Of a DNA stretch of 64,000 bases, positions 28,682-37,901 are shown in pieces. The stretch is from an uncultured Candidatus Rokubacteria bacterium. Lineage in GTDB: Bacteria > Methylomirabilota > Methylomirabilia > Rokubacteriales > DASRDR01. Numbering within the stretch: the first letter of the stretch is position 1; every line of letters starts with the position of its first letter. The stretch spans positions 448,001 through 512,000 of the forward strand of contig CAWDVE010000010.1 in the NCBI GenBank assembly GCA_963805625.1, written 5' to 3'. A model generated the notes under the pieces. It was not told where the DNA came from and did no database searches. It worked only from the letters and a program-made list of their open reading frames with translations. The position numbers and the translations under genes are program-made.

Positions 28682-29491
28682 ATGCCGCACCCGGCGCGTC
28701 GCATCGGCATACTCGGGTTGGGCGCGATCGGACGGCCCGTCGCGCGGGCGCTCGCGGCAGGGATGCCGGGTCTGACGCTCGTCGGGGCGACCAGCCGCGG
28801 TGCCGGCCGGGCGCGCGAATTCCTGGCCAGCCTTCCGGGGGCGCCTCCCCTCCTTCCGTTCGGAGACCTTCTCGACCGCGCTGACGTCGTCGTGGAGGCC
28901 GCCACGCAGGCCGTCCTCGTCGACCTCGCGCCTGCGGTCCTGGAGGCGGGGCGCGACCTAGTGGTGCTTTCCGTCGGGGCGCTGCTCGATCACCCCGAGT
29001 GGGTCGACCGGGCGGCGGCGCGGGGCGTGCGGATCCACGCGCCCTCGGCGGCCATCGCGGGCCTCGACGGGCTGAAGGGCGCCGCCGTGGACGGGCATCT
29101 CGACACCGTCGTGATGGAGACGCGGAAGCCCCCGCGCGGACTGGCCGGGGCGCCGGGCGTGGCCGGGATCGACCTCACGGCGATCACGGTATCGACGCTC
29201 GTCTTCGAGGGCACCGCCCGCGAGGCGTGTCGCGCGTTCCCCGCCAACGTGAACGTGGTGGCAGCTGTGTCCCTGGCCGGGATCGGCCCCGACCGCACCT
29301 GCATCCGGATTCACGCCGACCCGTCGGTCGACCGGAACCGCCACACGGTGACGGCGGAGGGTGCGTTCGGCAGACTCAGGATCGAGATCGAGAACGTGCC
29401 GTCCGAGAACCCCCGCACGGGCAAGCTCGCCTACCTGTCGACGATCGCCTACCTCCACGGACTCGGAGCGCCCATCCGCATCGGGACGTAA
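28682..29491 (+). CDS. nadX: L-aspartate dehydrogenase family protein
   Basis: GLGAIG, 'VVEAA', 'SVGAL', 'AIAGLD', 'RKPP', 'FPANVNVVAA', 'NPRTG'. Confidence 0.85.
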   Translation: MPHPARRIGILGLGAIGRPVARALAAGMPGLTLVGATSRGAGRAREFLASLPGAPPLLPFGDLLDRADVVVEAATQAVLVDLAPAVLEAGRDLVVLSVGALLDHPEWVDRAAARGVRIHAPSAAIAGLDGLKGAAVDGHLDTVVMETRKPPRGLAGAPGVAGIDLTAITVSTLVFEGTAREACRAFPANVNVVAAVSLAGIGPDRTCIRIHADPSVDRNRHTVTAEGAFGRLRIEIENVPSENPRTGKLAYLSTIAYLHGLGAPIRIGT

Positions 29492-29542
29492 CGGGGCCGC
29501 GCCGTGGGCCCCGGCCCCGCTACGGCGATGTCCCAGGGGGTC

Positions 29543-29960
29543 TTACTTCGACTTGGTGAGCTGGTTCGACACTCTCCGGGCGCCATCCTTCGTCTCGCCC
29601 TGCCAGTTCCACACCCACCCGGTGTCGCTCTCGTGGAACGTCATCTTGCCCTGTGACTTGGCCGCGTCGTAGAGCACGCCGCCATCGACGATCTTCATCG
29701 TGCCCGGGAGCCTGAGTCGCGTTCGGCCTCCGGTCCGCGATCCAGAATGATCCATTTTCTTGGATCATCCCCTCGATTTCCGACGAGAGCTCGCCCTGGA
29801 CGTCGGTCTTCCCTATCCAGTGGCCGGCCAGCAGCTTGAAGTCCCCCTCCTTCATGGCCCGGGCCGGCCCGGCTGTCGGTGCCGCGGCGCAACCCGCGAT
29901 CACGGCCGCCAGGACCAGCACTCCGACGCCTCGACCCGAGAACCAGCGAATACCTGCCAT
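29543..29960 (-). pseudogene. Putative lipoprotein split by a single-base frameshift near 29705-29716
   Basis: Lipobox-like 'IAGC' in one frame (to ...NATQAPG); protein-like continuation 'LPGTMKIVDGGVLY...LTKSK' in another frame. Confidence 0.6.
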
Positions 29961-30211
29961 CGACGCGCTCCTTTCCCTACCTCTCCGACACGGCCCCAGA
30001 AACGAGACCGTGGGTTCGATTACGGGAGAACAGTCAGTGGCCCGGGGGATCCGGCCATGGATCCACCGTGCCTCGTGACGATATCTACCGACCGACTGTC
30101 CCGTCGGTCCGCTGCCTCACCCTCCCATCGGAGTCATCACAGTTCTCGGATCACATCGGTGCCACAAGCGCCGCTCGATGTGTCCAGGTCCAGGCGCGGG
30201 AGCTCCCTGCG

Positions 30212-31141
30212 CTAGTGGGCCTCGGCCTCGAGGAAGCGCTCGGCGTCGATCGCCGCCATGCAGCCGGTGCCGGCGGCCGTCACCGCCTGGCGATAGACGT
30301 GGTCGGCGACGTCGCCGGCCGCGAAGACTCCGGGCACGTTCGTACGAGTCGACCCTGATTCCGTGACGAGGTACCCGGTCGCATCCATCTCCAGCTGGCC
30401 GGCAAAGAGCTGCGTGTTCGGCGTGTGGCCGATGGCCACGAACACGCCGCCGGCTGGGAGCTCCTCCGCCTTGGCACTGTCCGGATCGCGAAGCCGGATG
30501 CCGGTGACCCGGTCGGTGCCGAGAATCTCCTCGACCACGCGGTTGAGCGCCCAGGCGATCTTCGGGTTCCGACGCGCCCGGTCCTGCATGATCTTGGACG
30601 CTCTCAGCGTATCCCGCCGGTGGACGATCGTCACCTTGCTGGCGAACTTCGTCAGGAACGTGGCCTCTTCCATCGCGGAATCGCCTCCCCCCACGACGAC
30701 CAGCTCCTGGCCCTTGAAGAAGAAGCCATCGCAGGTCGCGCAGGTGGACAGGCCGCGCCCCAGGAGACGCCGCTCGGACTCGAGGCCGAGGAGGCGCGCG
30801 GAGGCCCCGGTGGCGATGACGAGCGCGCGCGCCCGCCACGTCCGCTCGGCCGTCTTGACCGCGAAGGGGCGGGTCGAGAGGTCGACCCCGACCACGTCGT
30901 CGTCGATGAACTCGGTGCCGAACCGCTCCGCCTGCTTGCGCATGACGTCCATAAGCTCGGGTCCCAGGATCGCCTCGGCGAAACCGGGGTAGTTCTCGAC
31001 CTCCGACGTGAGAGTCAGCTGACCCCCCGGCTGGCTCCCGGCCACGATCAGCGGCGTGAGGTTCGCTCGCCCCGCATAGATCGCGGCGGTCAGCCCGGCC
31101 GGCCCCGACCCGACGATGATCACGTTCCGGACGTCAGTCAC
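30212..31141 (-). CDS. trxB: Thioredoxin-disulfide reductase
   Basis: GSGPAG, '[14 protein letters not shown]', [18 protein letters not shown], '[12 protein letters not shown]'; GGAGG before GTG 31141. Confidence 0.97.
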   Translation of the reverse strand: MTDVRNVIIVGSGPAGLTAAIYAGRANLTPLIVAGSQPGGQLTLTSEVENYPGFAEAILGPELMDVMRKQAERFGTEFIDDDVVGVDLSTRPFAVKTAERTWRARALVIATGASARLLGLESERRLLGRGLSTCATCDGFFFKGQELVVVGGGDSAMEEATFLTKFASKVTIVHRRDTLRASKIMQDRARRNPKIAWALNRVVEEILGTDRVTGIRLRDPDSAKAEELPAGGVFVAIGHTPNTQLFAGQLEMDATGYLVTESGSTRTNVPGVFAAGDVADHVYRQAVTAAGTGCMAAIDAERFLEAEAH

Positions 31142-31202
31142 AGCCGATCCTCCGTCCATGAGACGGTCGTGTCCGTTGCCAGGATGCTCCAAAGGCCGCC
31201 GG

Positions 31203-31239
31203 AAGCGAAACGGCCCCGAGGATGGGCTCCCCGGGGCCG
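31203..31239 (-). terminator. Intrinsic terminator downstream of csp
   Basis: 12-bp stem CGGCCCCGGGGA-GCCCA-TCCTCGGGGCCG followed by TTTCGCTT. Confidence 0.7.
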
Positions 31240-31258
31240 GCCTGGATCCTGGGCGAGG

Positions 31259-31462
31259 CTACTTCTTGACGACGTTGGCCGCCTGTTTGCCCTTGGGGCC
31301 ATCGACGACGTCGAATTCGACGGCTTGGCCCTCGGCAAGGGTGCGGAACCCGCTGCCATCGACCGCAGAGTAGTGGACGAAGACGTCCTCCTTGCCAGGG
31401 CGCTCGATGAACCCGTACCCTTTCGCGTCGTTGAACCACTTCACCACCCCGGTCTCACGCAT
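31259..31462 (-). CDS. Cold-shock protein (CspA family)
   Basis: '[15 protein letters not shown]', 'DVFVHYSA', '[10 protein letters not shown]'; AGGAGG RBS. Confidence 0.97.
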   Translation of the reverse strand: MRETGVVKWFNDAKGYGFIERPGKEDVFVHYSAVDGSGFRTLAEGQAVEFDVVDGPKGKQAANVVKK

Positions 31463-31585
31463 GCTTCGCTCTCCTCCTGTGGTGCTCGGGACCGACGGCC
31501 AACCAGGCGCCGCGGGGGGCCGGGTGCCCCTGCGGCCGGAGCGTCACTCACCGCTCGCGGCTTTCCCCCCGGCAATCGCGGCAGA

Positions 31586-31615
31586 ACACTAACGAAATGC
31601 CGCCCGGGGCGTCAA
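31586..31615 (-). promoter_or_regulatory. Sigma70-like promoter of csp
   Basis: TTGACG-N18-TAGTGT, implying a 5' UTR of ~115 nt. Confidence 0.5.
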
Positions 31616-32376
31616 GAACCTTTTGGATGGGTCTCCAGGGCGGGCCGGAGGTCGGAAAGGCCGGCAAGGTCGAGATCCGGCACAGGAAGTCCGGGAGGCA
31701 AGGGCGCCCGGGCCGGGTTGAGCCAGGCCGCCGCCATGCCCACTCCCTTGGCGCCGGCCACGTCGATTTCCGGCCGGTCACCGACGAAGAGGCACTCCCC
31801 GGCCCCGACCCCCATCTCGGCCAGGGCCCGCTGGAAGATATCGGGGCGCGGTTTCCGCCAGCCCACGGTGTCCGACACGACCACAGTCTCGAAGCGGCCG
31901 AGGATGCCACTCTCCGCGAGGATGCGCTGGACGGTCGGCGTGTAATCGAAGTTTGATACGACCGCGAGACGGTACCGGCCCCTCAGCCAGTCGAGGAGCG
32001 CCTCCTGTCCCGGCATAGGCTCGGCCGCGCTCGCGAGGCAGGCCATGTGGGTGGCCAACAGACGCTCCGTCACCGCCGGAGGGATCGCGGCGGGATCGGC
32101 TCCCACGCGACGGTAGAAGATCTCGAGCCGCCGAGGCGCGGGTACCTCCTCGTGACTGTCGGCTCGGAGCCGCTCGGCCTCCTGATAGCTCCAGAGATAC
32201 GCGTCGTAGAACGTCTCGAGCCCCACCCCCGGCAGGGCCGTGGCCGCGACGCTGTGGAGTTCCGGCACCGACGACCGCACCTCTCGCCCCCCGATCCGGG
32301 CCGCGGGGAGCCGGTCCCGGTCGAATCGCACCAGGGTGTCGAACATGTCGAACAGGACGGCTGAGTAGCGCGTCAT
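31612..32376 (-). CDS. HAD family hydrolase
   Basis: 'FDMFDTL', 'VSNFD', 'KPRPDIF', 'FVGDRPEIDVAGA'. Confidence 0.88.
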   Translation of the reverse strand: MTRYSAVLFDMFDTLVRFDRDRLPAARIGGREVRSSVPELHSVAATALPGVGLETFYDAYLWSYQEAERLRADSHEEVPAPRRLEIFYRRVGADPAAIPPAVTERLLATHMACLASAAEPMPGQEALLDWLRGRYRLAVVSNFDYTPTVQRILAESGILGRFETVVVSDTVGWRKPRPDIFQRALAEMGVGAGECLFVGDRPEIDVAGAKGVGMAAAWLNPARAPLPPGLPVPDLDLAGLSDLRPALETHPKGS

Positions 32377-32395
32377 CGCGAGCCGCCGACCGGTC

Positions 32396-33397
32396 TCAGC
32401 CCAGTTCCGCGCGCGCCGCCCGGACCGCGGACATCATCGCCCCGAGCTTGGCCCGGCTCTCGTCCACGGTGCGGGTCTTGAGCCCACAATCGGGGTCGAC
32501 CCAGATTCGGTCTGCCGGCAGGACGGTAGTGCCTCGACGAATCCGGGCTCGGACGTCGTCGGCGGCCTCCACGGAGTGCGTGTGGACGTCGAGCACTCCC
32601 AGCGAAAGGTCCTTGGTGAATGGGTCCTTCTCGAACATGGTCAGGAGATCGAGGGCGCTGTGGGAGATCGCGAGGTCGAGGTTGTCCACCGGCAGGTCGA
32701 GAAGTCCCGGATAGATCGTCTCGAAGGCCCCGAAGCACGCGTGGACGACGTAGTAGGCGGGAAGCCCGTCCACGACCAGATGCATCGCCTCGACCGCGAA
32801 GCCCAGCTCATCTGGCCGGACGGAGAGCGCGGGCTCGTCGATCTGGATGATGCGCACCCCGGCTTCCAGGAGCGCCTGGACCTCATTGCGGATCTCGCGG
32901 GCCAGCGCGAGGCAGGCGGCCTTGCGGTCCGGATAGTGGTCGTCGAACGACCAGTCCATGAGGGTGTACGGCCCGGTGAGCATGCCCTTTACCGGGCGGG
33001 TCGTCAGCGACTGCGTCCACCGCCACCAGTCGACCGTTATCGGGCCCGGCCAGCGCACCGGGCCCACCATCACCGGCTTGTGGTAGTAGCGATTCCCGTA
33101 CGAGCGTACCAGGCCGCCCCGCGCGAACCCGGGCATCGTCTCGGCGAAGTACGCGACCATGTCCCCGCGATACTGCTCGCCGTCCACCAGGACGTCGAGG
33201 CCGAGCTCCTCCTGGGTGCGCACCCAGAACTCCGTCGCCTGGCGCTCCAAGCGGTCGAGCTCGGGGCGCGTGATGGCGTTGCGCGTGGCCTTGGCCCGGG
33301 CTTCCACGAGATAGTCGGGCTTCGGGAAACTGCCGACGGTGGAGGTGGGCAGAACGGGCAGGTCCAGGCCCAGACTGCGGAGCTTCGCGCGGCTCAT
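32396..33397 (-). CDS. Cobalamin-independent methionine synthase, catalytic (C-terminal-like) half
   Basis: 'TSTVGSFPKP', 'VDGEQYRGDMVAYF', 'VKGMLTGPYT', 'IQIDEPA', HAC and PDCGLKT Zn motifs. Confidence 0.9.
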   Translation of the reverse strand: MSRAKLRSLGLDLPVLPTSTVGSFPKPDYLVEARAKATRNAITRPELDRLERQATEFWVRTQEELGLDVLVDGEQYRGDMVAYFAETMPGFARGGLVRSYGNRYYHKPVMVGPVRWPGPITVDWWRWTQSLTTRPVKGMLTGPYTLMDWSFDDHYPDRKAACLALAREIRNEVQALLEAGVRIIQIDEPALSVRPDELGFAVEAMHLVVDGLPAYYVVHACFGAFETIYPGLLDLPVDNLDLAISHSALDLLTMFEKDPFTKDLSLGVLDVHTHSVEAADDVRARIRRGTTVLPADRIWVDPDCGLKTRTVDESRAKLGAMMSAVRAARAELG

Positions 33398-34386
33398 CGA
33401 GGCCTCCCATCGCGTCCCGCGTGCTCGCGCGCGATCGCGACCATGTTCTCGAGCTTCGCCCGGGCCCGGGCTCTCGGCAGGAGCTCGAGCCCGCAAGACG
33501 GGCCGAGGCCCACTGGCTCCCGGAGCCCCGGCAGCACGCGGTCGAGGATCCGGAGAAGGGCATCTCGCGCTTCGAGCTTCGTATTCCGTCCGTCGACCAC
33601 GCCAAGGACCAGCGTCCGGGGCGCGCCGGCCTCGGCGATCCGGTCCGCCAGCTTGGGCCCGTAGGTGAGATCGAGCCCGACGAGATCCACGGGCATCGCC
33701 ATGAGATCGTCCCACAGCGGGAGCGCGTCTCCGAAGAAGGTGTAGAGTGCGAGGTGCGCCCGCCCGCGAGCCGCCGCCAGGGTGGCGAGCCCCTCGTGGA
33801 CGAGGTCGGCGTGCTCCGGGTGTCGGAGGAGATAGGGCTCGTCCACCTGGATCACGGCGGCGCCCGCGTGGACGAGGTCGGCGATCTCCTGGGCGAGGAC
33901 CTCCGCGTAGGCCCGCGCCAGCTCCCGGCGGTTCCGGTAGCCGCCTTCCAGGATGGAGCCGCAGGCGAGGCTGTAGGGTCCGGTCAGGACGGGCTTCACG
34001 ACGCGATCCGTCGCGGCGCGAGCCACCTCGAACTCATGGCGGAGGACGGATTCGCGCCGACGGATCGGTCCCGACACCACCGGCTGGCGGAAGTAGAAGT
34101 TCGTGTCGAAGTAGCGCAGAAGGCCGTTGATCTGGATCCCCTCGCAGTGCCGGGCCAGATGCGAGATGGGGTCGTACCAGCGCACCTGGCCGTCGGTCAC
34201 GACGTCGAGCCCGACGGCCGCCTGCTCTCGCACCACGTGCTCCGCGACCTCGTCCTCGACGGCGCGCCACTCGGTGTCCGAGATCTCGCCCCGCTCGTGC
34301 TGAGCGTAGGCGCGCCGGTGGCGCTGGGTCTCCAGGGTATCGCCAATGCGCGGGTAGGAGCCCGCGCTCGTCAGGATCAGTTCCAT
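33394..34386 (-). CDS. Cobalamin-independent methionine synthase, N-terminal-like half
   Basis: 'GSYPRIG', 'TDGQVRWYD', 'RYFDTNFYFRQP', 'TGPYSL', 'IQVDEP', 'GVVDGRN', 'PSCGL..LP'; no HxC; ATGA-coupled to the catalytic half. Confidence 0.88.
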   Translation of the reverse strand: MELILTSAGSYPRIGDTLETQRHRRAYAQHERGEISDTEWRAVEDEVAEHVVREQAAVGLDVVTDGQVRWYDPISHLARHCEGIQINGLLRYFDTNFYFRQPVVSGPIRRRESVLRHEFEVARAATDRVVKPVLTGPYSLACGSILEGGYRNRRELARAYAEVLAQEIADLVHAGAAVIQVDEPYLLRHPEHADLVHEGLATLAAARGRAHLALYTFFGDALPLWDDLMAMPVDLVGLDLTYGPKLADRIAEAGAPRTLVLGVVDGRNTKLEARDALLRILDRVLPGLREPVGLGPSCGLELLPRARARAKLENMVAIAREHAGRDGRPR

Positions 34387-34817
34387 CACGCCTCCGTCTC
34401 GTTCTCTGGAATGGCCTTCCGGCCTCCGAATCCCTCGTCGAGGCCGTGCCAGAACCGGATTCGCTTCTCACCATAGCGCCAGCAGAGGTTGACCTCGCGC
34501 CCGCGCACGAGGCCGAGGAAGTCGACCAGCCCGAGCTCGAGGTCCTTCGGAACGCCGCCGGTGGAGAGAAGCTCCGCCAGCCCCGCTCGGAGCGCCCGGT
34601 TCGCCTTGTCGATGCCCGCTCGGCGGGCGCGCCACCACTCCGGCCGGAGCCGCATGCCACCCGTGAGCACCACCTCGCGCTGGGCCGCCTCCAGCTCGGT
34701 CCGGAGCCGCGCGGCCTCCGCATGAGCGTCCATCACGCGGCCCATGAGCGACTCGAGCCGCGGGATGAGGGCCTCGATCGTGCGGACCGTGAAGTACTGC
34801 TTGGCTTCCTCGGCCAC
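34386..34817 (-). CDS. DUF2203 family protein
   Basis: 'YFTV....LIP', 'KDLELGLVDF', 'LCWRYGE..IRFWH....GFGGRK.I'. Confidence 0.85.
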   Translation of the reverse strand: MAEEAKQYFTVRTIEALIPRLESLMGRVMDAHAEAARLRTELEAAQREVVLTGGMRLRPEWWRARRAGIDKANRALRAGLAELLSTGGVPKDLELGLVDFLGLVRGREVNLCWRYGEKRIRFWHGLDEGFGGRKAIPENETEA

Positions 34818-34904
34818 GGTGTCTCCCTGCCCTACTCGAGGTCGGTCGCGTGGCGCCGTACCGGCGCCTTTTGCCCGAGCCCCTCAGACGCTACTTGAAG
34901 GAGC

Positions 34905-35231
34905 TCACGCATGGGGTGGTGGCGGGGCAACGACCACGAGCGCAACGAAGGGCGCCTCTGTGGGGTTCTCCAGCCCGTGCTCGACTCCCGCCGGCGCCAC
35001 GACGAGCACACCGGGCTCGAGCCAGTCGACCTCGGCTCCGATGCGGATTCGCGCCCGGCCCTCGACGCCGACGTAGAGCTTGTCCTGCTCCCCGTGAACG
35101 TGCGCCGCCTGGCTCTGGCCGGGGCGGAGGCAGTAGAGGTCCGTGTGAAGCCGCGCCGTGGCGGCGAGGCGGTGTCGCGCCATCTTGCCGTCCTGGAACG
35201 CCACGCGCTCGTCGAGGCGGATCCGCTCCAC
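34905..35231 (-). CDS. Cupin domain protein
   Basis: 'PGQSQAAHVH..QDKLY..VEG', 'PAGVEHGLEN'. Confidence 0.85.
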   Translation of the reverse strand: MERIRLDERVAFQDGKMARHRLAATARLHTDLYCLRPGQSQAAHVHGEQDKLYVGVEGRARIRIGAEVDWLEPGVLVVAPAGVEHGLENPTEAPFVALVVVAPPPPHA

Positions 35232-35234
35232 GCG

Positions 35235-36581
35235 TCAGACCCCTTCCGTCGGAACGGTCCCCTCGACCGACCAGGCGAGGAGCTCGACCGGATGGTAGGC
35301 GCGAACCCGGAGGCCGCGGTCGGCGAGCCCCCGGCGGAGCTGGAGGAGGCACCCTGGGTTCCCGGTCGCGACGACCCCGGCACCGGTGGCCGCGATCCGG
35401 TCGAGCTTCCGGACGAGGAGCTGTTCCGCGATCTCGGGCTCCATCAGGTTGTAGACGCCGGCGGACCCGCAGCAGAGGTCGGACTCGGAGAGCTCGACGA
35501 GCCGCAACCCCGGAATCGCCCGCAGGATGGTTCGCGGAGCCTCCCGCACGCGCTGGCCATGCGCGAGGTGGCAGGGCTCATGGTAGGTCACCGTGAGGTC
35601 GAGTCGACGCCTCGGGCCCGGCAGGTGCTCGGCGAGAAGCTCGGTGACGTCCCGCACCCGCGCGGCCAGGGCGGGAGCCCGCGGGTCGTCGCCGAGGAGG
35701 TGCCCGTAATCACGGAGCGCCGCTCCGCAGCCCGCCGCGTTCGTCACGATCCAGTCGGCATCGGCGAAGACGGCCAGGTTCTGCTGGGCCCGCGCCCGTC
35801 CGGCGGCCCGATCGCCCCAGTGGAGATGAAGCGCCCCGCAGCACCCTTGCCCATCGGGCACGACGACCCGATATCCAGCGCGCGCGAGCAGGCTCACCGT
35901 CGCGCGATTGACCTCGGGAAAGAGGAGTGCCTGCACGCACCCCTCCACCAGCGCGACCGTCCCCCGGTGGGGCCCGCTCGGCGGCAGGGTCTCGACGGGA
36001 AGCCGGTCCGCCGATCGGGCCGGGAGGGTCGGGAGGAGACGCTCCATCGCCTCGACGCGCGGGAAGCTCCGAAAGAGCCCCGAGCTTCGAACGAGGCGCT
36101 GGAGCCCGGAGCGCTGATAGAGCCTCGTCAGGGCGAGGACCCGCGCGAGCCGCTGCCGCTCGGGGAACACACCGAGCAGGAGCCGGCCCATGAGCCGGCG
36201 CCCGAGGGTCCGCGGCACTTTCCGCTCGATCTGCCCGCGCGTCTCCTCGATGAGGCGACCGAACGGGACACCCGCCGGGCACGCGGTCTCGCACGCGCGA
36301 CAGCCGAGACATCGGTCCATGTGAAGGACGAAGTTCTCGGTGAGGCCGATGCGGCCCTCGGCCGCGGCGCGCATCAGGTAGACACGGCCCCGCGGTGAGT
36401 CCATCTCCTGGCCGAGCACCAGGTAGGTTGGGCACTGGGGCAAGCAGATGCCGCAGTGCATGCAGTCGAGGATCCCCTCCCAGTCCGGGGGCTCCTCGCC
36501 GTCGAAGGCGCCGAGCGGGCGTGGGAGCATGTGGGCGGCCTCGGCGCCGGCGGCGTGCCCGGAGGCATGGACGGTCGCCAC
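35235..36581 (-). CDS. glcF: GlcF-like Fe-S subunit of a 2-hydroxyacid dehydrogenase
   Basis: Two ferredoxin motifs (CMHCGICLPQCP, CLGCRACETACP), 'SPRGR', two CCG domains. Confidence 0.9.
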   Translation of the reverse strand: MATVHASGHAAGAEAAHMLPRPLGAFDGEEPPDWEGILDCMHCGICLPQCPTYLVLGQEMDSPRGRVYLMRAAAEGRIGLTENFVLHMDRCLGCRACETACPAGVPFGRLIEETRGQIERKVPRTLGRRLMGRLLLGVFPERQRLARVLALTRLYQRSGLQRLVRSSGLFRSFPRVEAMERLLPTLPARSADRLPVETLPPSGPHRGTVALVEGCVQALLFPEVNRATVSLLARAGYRVVVPDGQGCCGALHLHWGDRAAGRARAQQNLAVFADADWIVTNAAGCGAALRDYGHLLGDDPRAPALAARVRDVTELLAEHLPGPRRRLDLTVTYHEPCHLAHGQRVREAPRTILRAIPGLRLVELSESDLCCGSAGVYNLMEPEIAEQLLVRKLDRIAATGAGVVATGNPGCLLQLRRGLADRGLRVRAYHPVELLAWSVEGTVPTEGV

Positions 36582-37901
36582 CTAGATGCCTCCCACGTAC
36601 CGGCCGGGGTTCAGGACACCCGCGGGGTCGAGCTCCCGCTTGAGGCGCCGCATGGCCTCGAGGGCGGACCCGACATCACCCCAGACATCGAGACCGGGCA
36701 GGGCGTCCGGCGGAGCGTGCTCCACGACGCAGGTGCCGTCGAGCGCCGCGAGGGCCTCGCGGACGCGCGCGACGACGTCGCTGACGCGGCGAGCCTCGAT
36801 GGGCGCCAGGGTTGCGTGGAGGACACCGGTGGCCAGGTTGATGGTGGCCCTGATCGCATCGCCGCCGAGCTGGACCGCCTCCACCGCCCGCAGCGCCTTG
36901 ACCGCATCGGTCGGCCGGATGCCGATCCGCATCGAGAGGTGGGTCGTCGGGCCTTCGGGCCACGTGACGTCGGCGATCCGCTGCCACCAGGCGTCGGCCT
37001 GCGGCACCTCGATCGCCGGGCTCGCGGCCCGGCCACAGATGTCGGCGACCTGGCTTCCCTGCGCGCGGACGGCCTCGGGCACGCTGCCGATGGTCACGGC
37101 CAGGGCGGCGGCGGGCAGTTCAGGCTCCCCCAGCGCCCGGAGCGCGCCGGCCGTCACGAGCTGGCAGCGGCTCAGCACGACCGGCGTGTCACGGACGTCG
37201 AGGGCGGCGTCGAGGGCGGCCTCGGCGCTCGCGAAGCCGAACACCCAGCTGCGCTCCTCGGCCGGCCGCGAGTGGAGCCGGAGATGCGCCTCCACGACCA
37301 CGCCGAGCGTGCCGAGAGCGCCGACGTGGAGCTTCGGGACGTCGTAGCCGGTGACGTTCTTGACCACGCGCCCGCCACCCTTGACGAGGGTGCCGTCAGC
37401 TCGGACCACGGTCAGGCCCAGCAGGAGGTCGCGCATCGTCCCGTATCGCGCTCGGTAAGGTCCCGCGGCTCCCGTGGCGATCAGCCCTCCGATGGTCGAG
37501 GTGCCGGGCCGCGCCGGGTCGAGAGGAACGAACTGCCGGTGCGGGCGGAGGACCGCCTCCAGCGCCTCGAGCGTCGCGCCGCATTCCACCGAGAGCGTCA
37601 GGTCCTCCGGCTCGTGGGCGAGGATGCGGTCGAGCCGCGCGAGCGACAGCACGACGTCCAGCCGGCGTGGAGGCGCCCCCCAGGCGAGGCGAGCGCCGCG
37701 CCCGGTCGGCGCCACGGCGAGCCCACGGGCGCTGGCGAGGGCGAGGACGCGGCTCACGCCGTCGACGCTCGTAGGTTCGGCGACGAAACGGGGCGCGACG
37801 CCCGCCACCGTGCGGGTGCTCGCCCGGTCCCCCGAGAGAACCGTCCCCGGGGCGGCGGCCACGGCCAGCTCCCGTCCGACGTCGGCCGCGGCTAGACCCA
37901 C
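36582..37901 (-). CDS. glcE: GlcE-like FAD-binding subunit
   Basis: 'STIGG', 'RYGTMRD', 'GGRVVKNVTGYD', 'GTLGV', 'LDPAGVLNPGR'; start approximate. Confidence 0.87.
   Translation of the reverse strand: MGLAAADVGRELAVAAAPGTVLSGDRASTRTVAGVAPRFVAEPTSVDGVSRVLALASARGLAVAPTGRGARLAWGAPPRRLDVVLSLARLDRILAHEPEDLTLSVECGATLEALEAVLRPHRQFVPLDPARPGTSTIGGLIATGAAGPYRARYGTMRDLLLGLTVVRADGTLVKGGGRVVKNVTGYDVPKLHVGALGTLGVVVEAHLRLHSRPAEERSWVFGFASAEAALDAALDVRDTPVVLSRCQLVTAGALRALGEPELPAAALAVTIGSVPEAVRAQGSQVADICGRAASPAIEVPQADAWWQRIADVTWPEGPTTHLSMRIGIRPTDAVKALRAVEAVQLGGDAIRATINLATGVLHATLAPIEARRVSDVVARVREALAALDGTCVVEHAPPDALPGLDVWGDVGSALEAMRRLKRELDPAGVLNPGRYVGGI

Noticed and set aside
29492-29513. GC hairpin between nadX and the lipoprotein gene as a terminator
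   Set aside because: No U tract on either strand; such stems arise easily at this GC content
30008-30026. GGTTCGATT resembling a tRNA T-loop
   Set aside because: No acceptor, D or anticodon stems could be built around it
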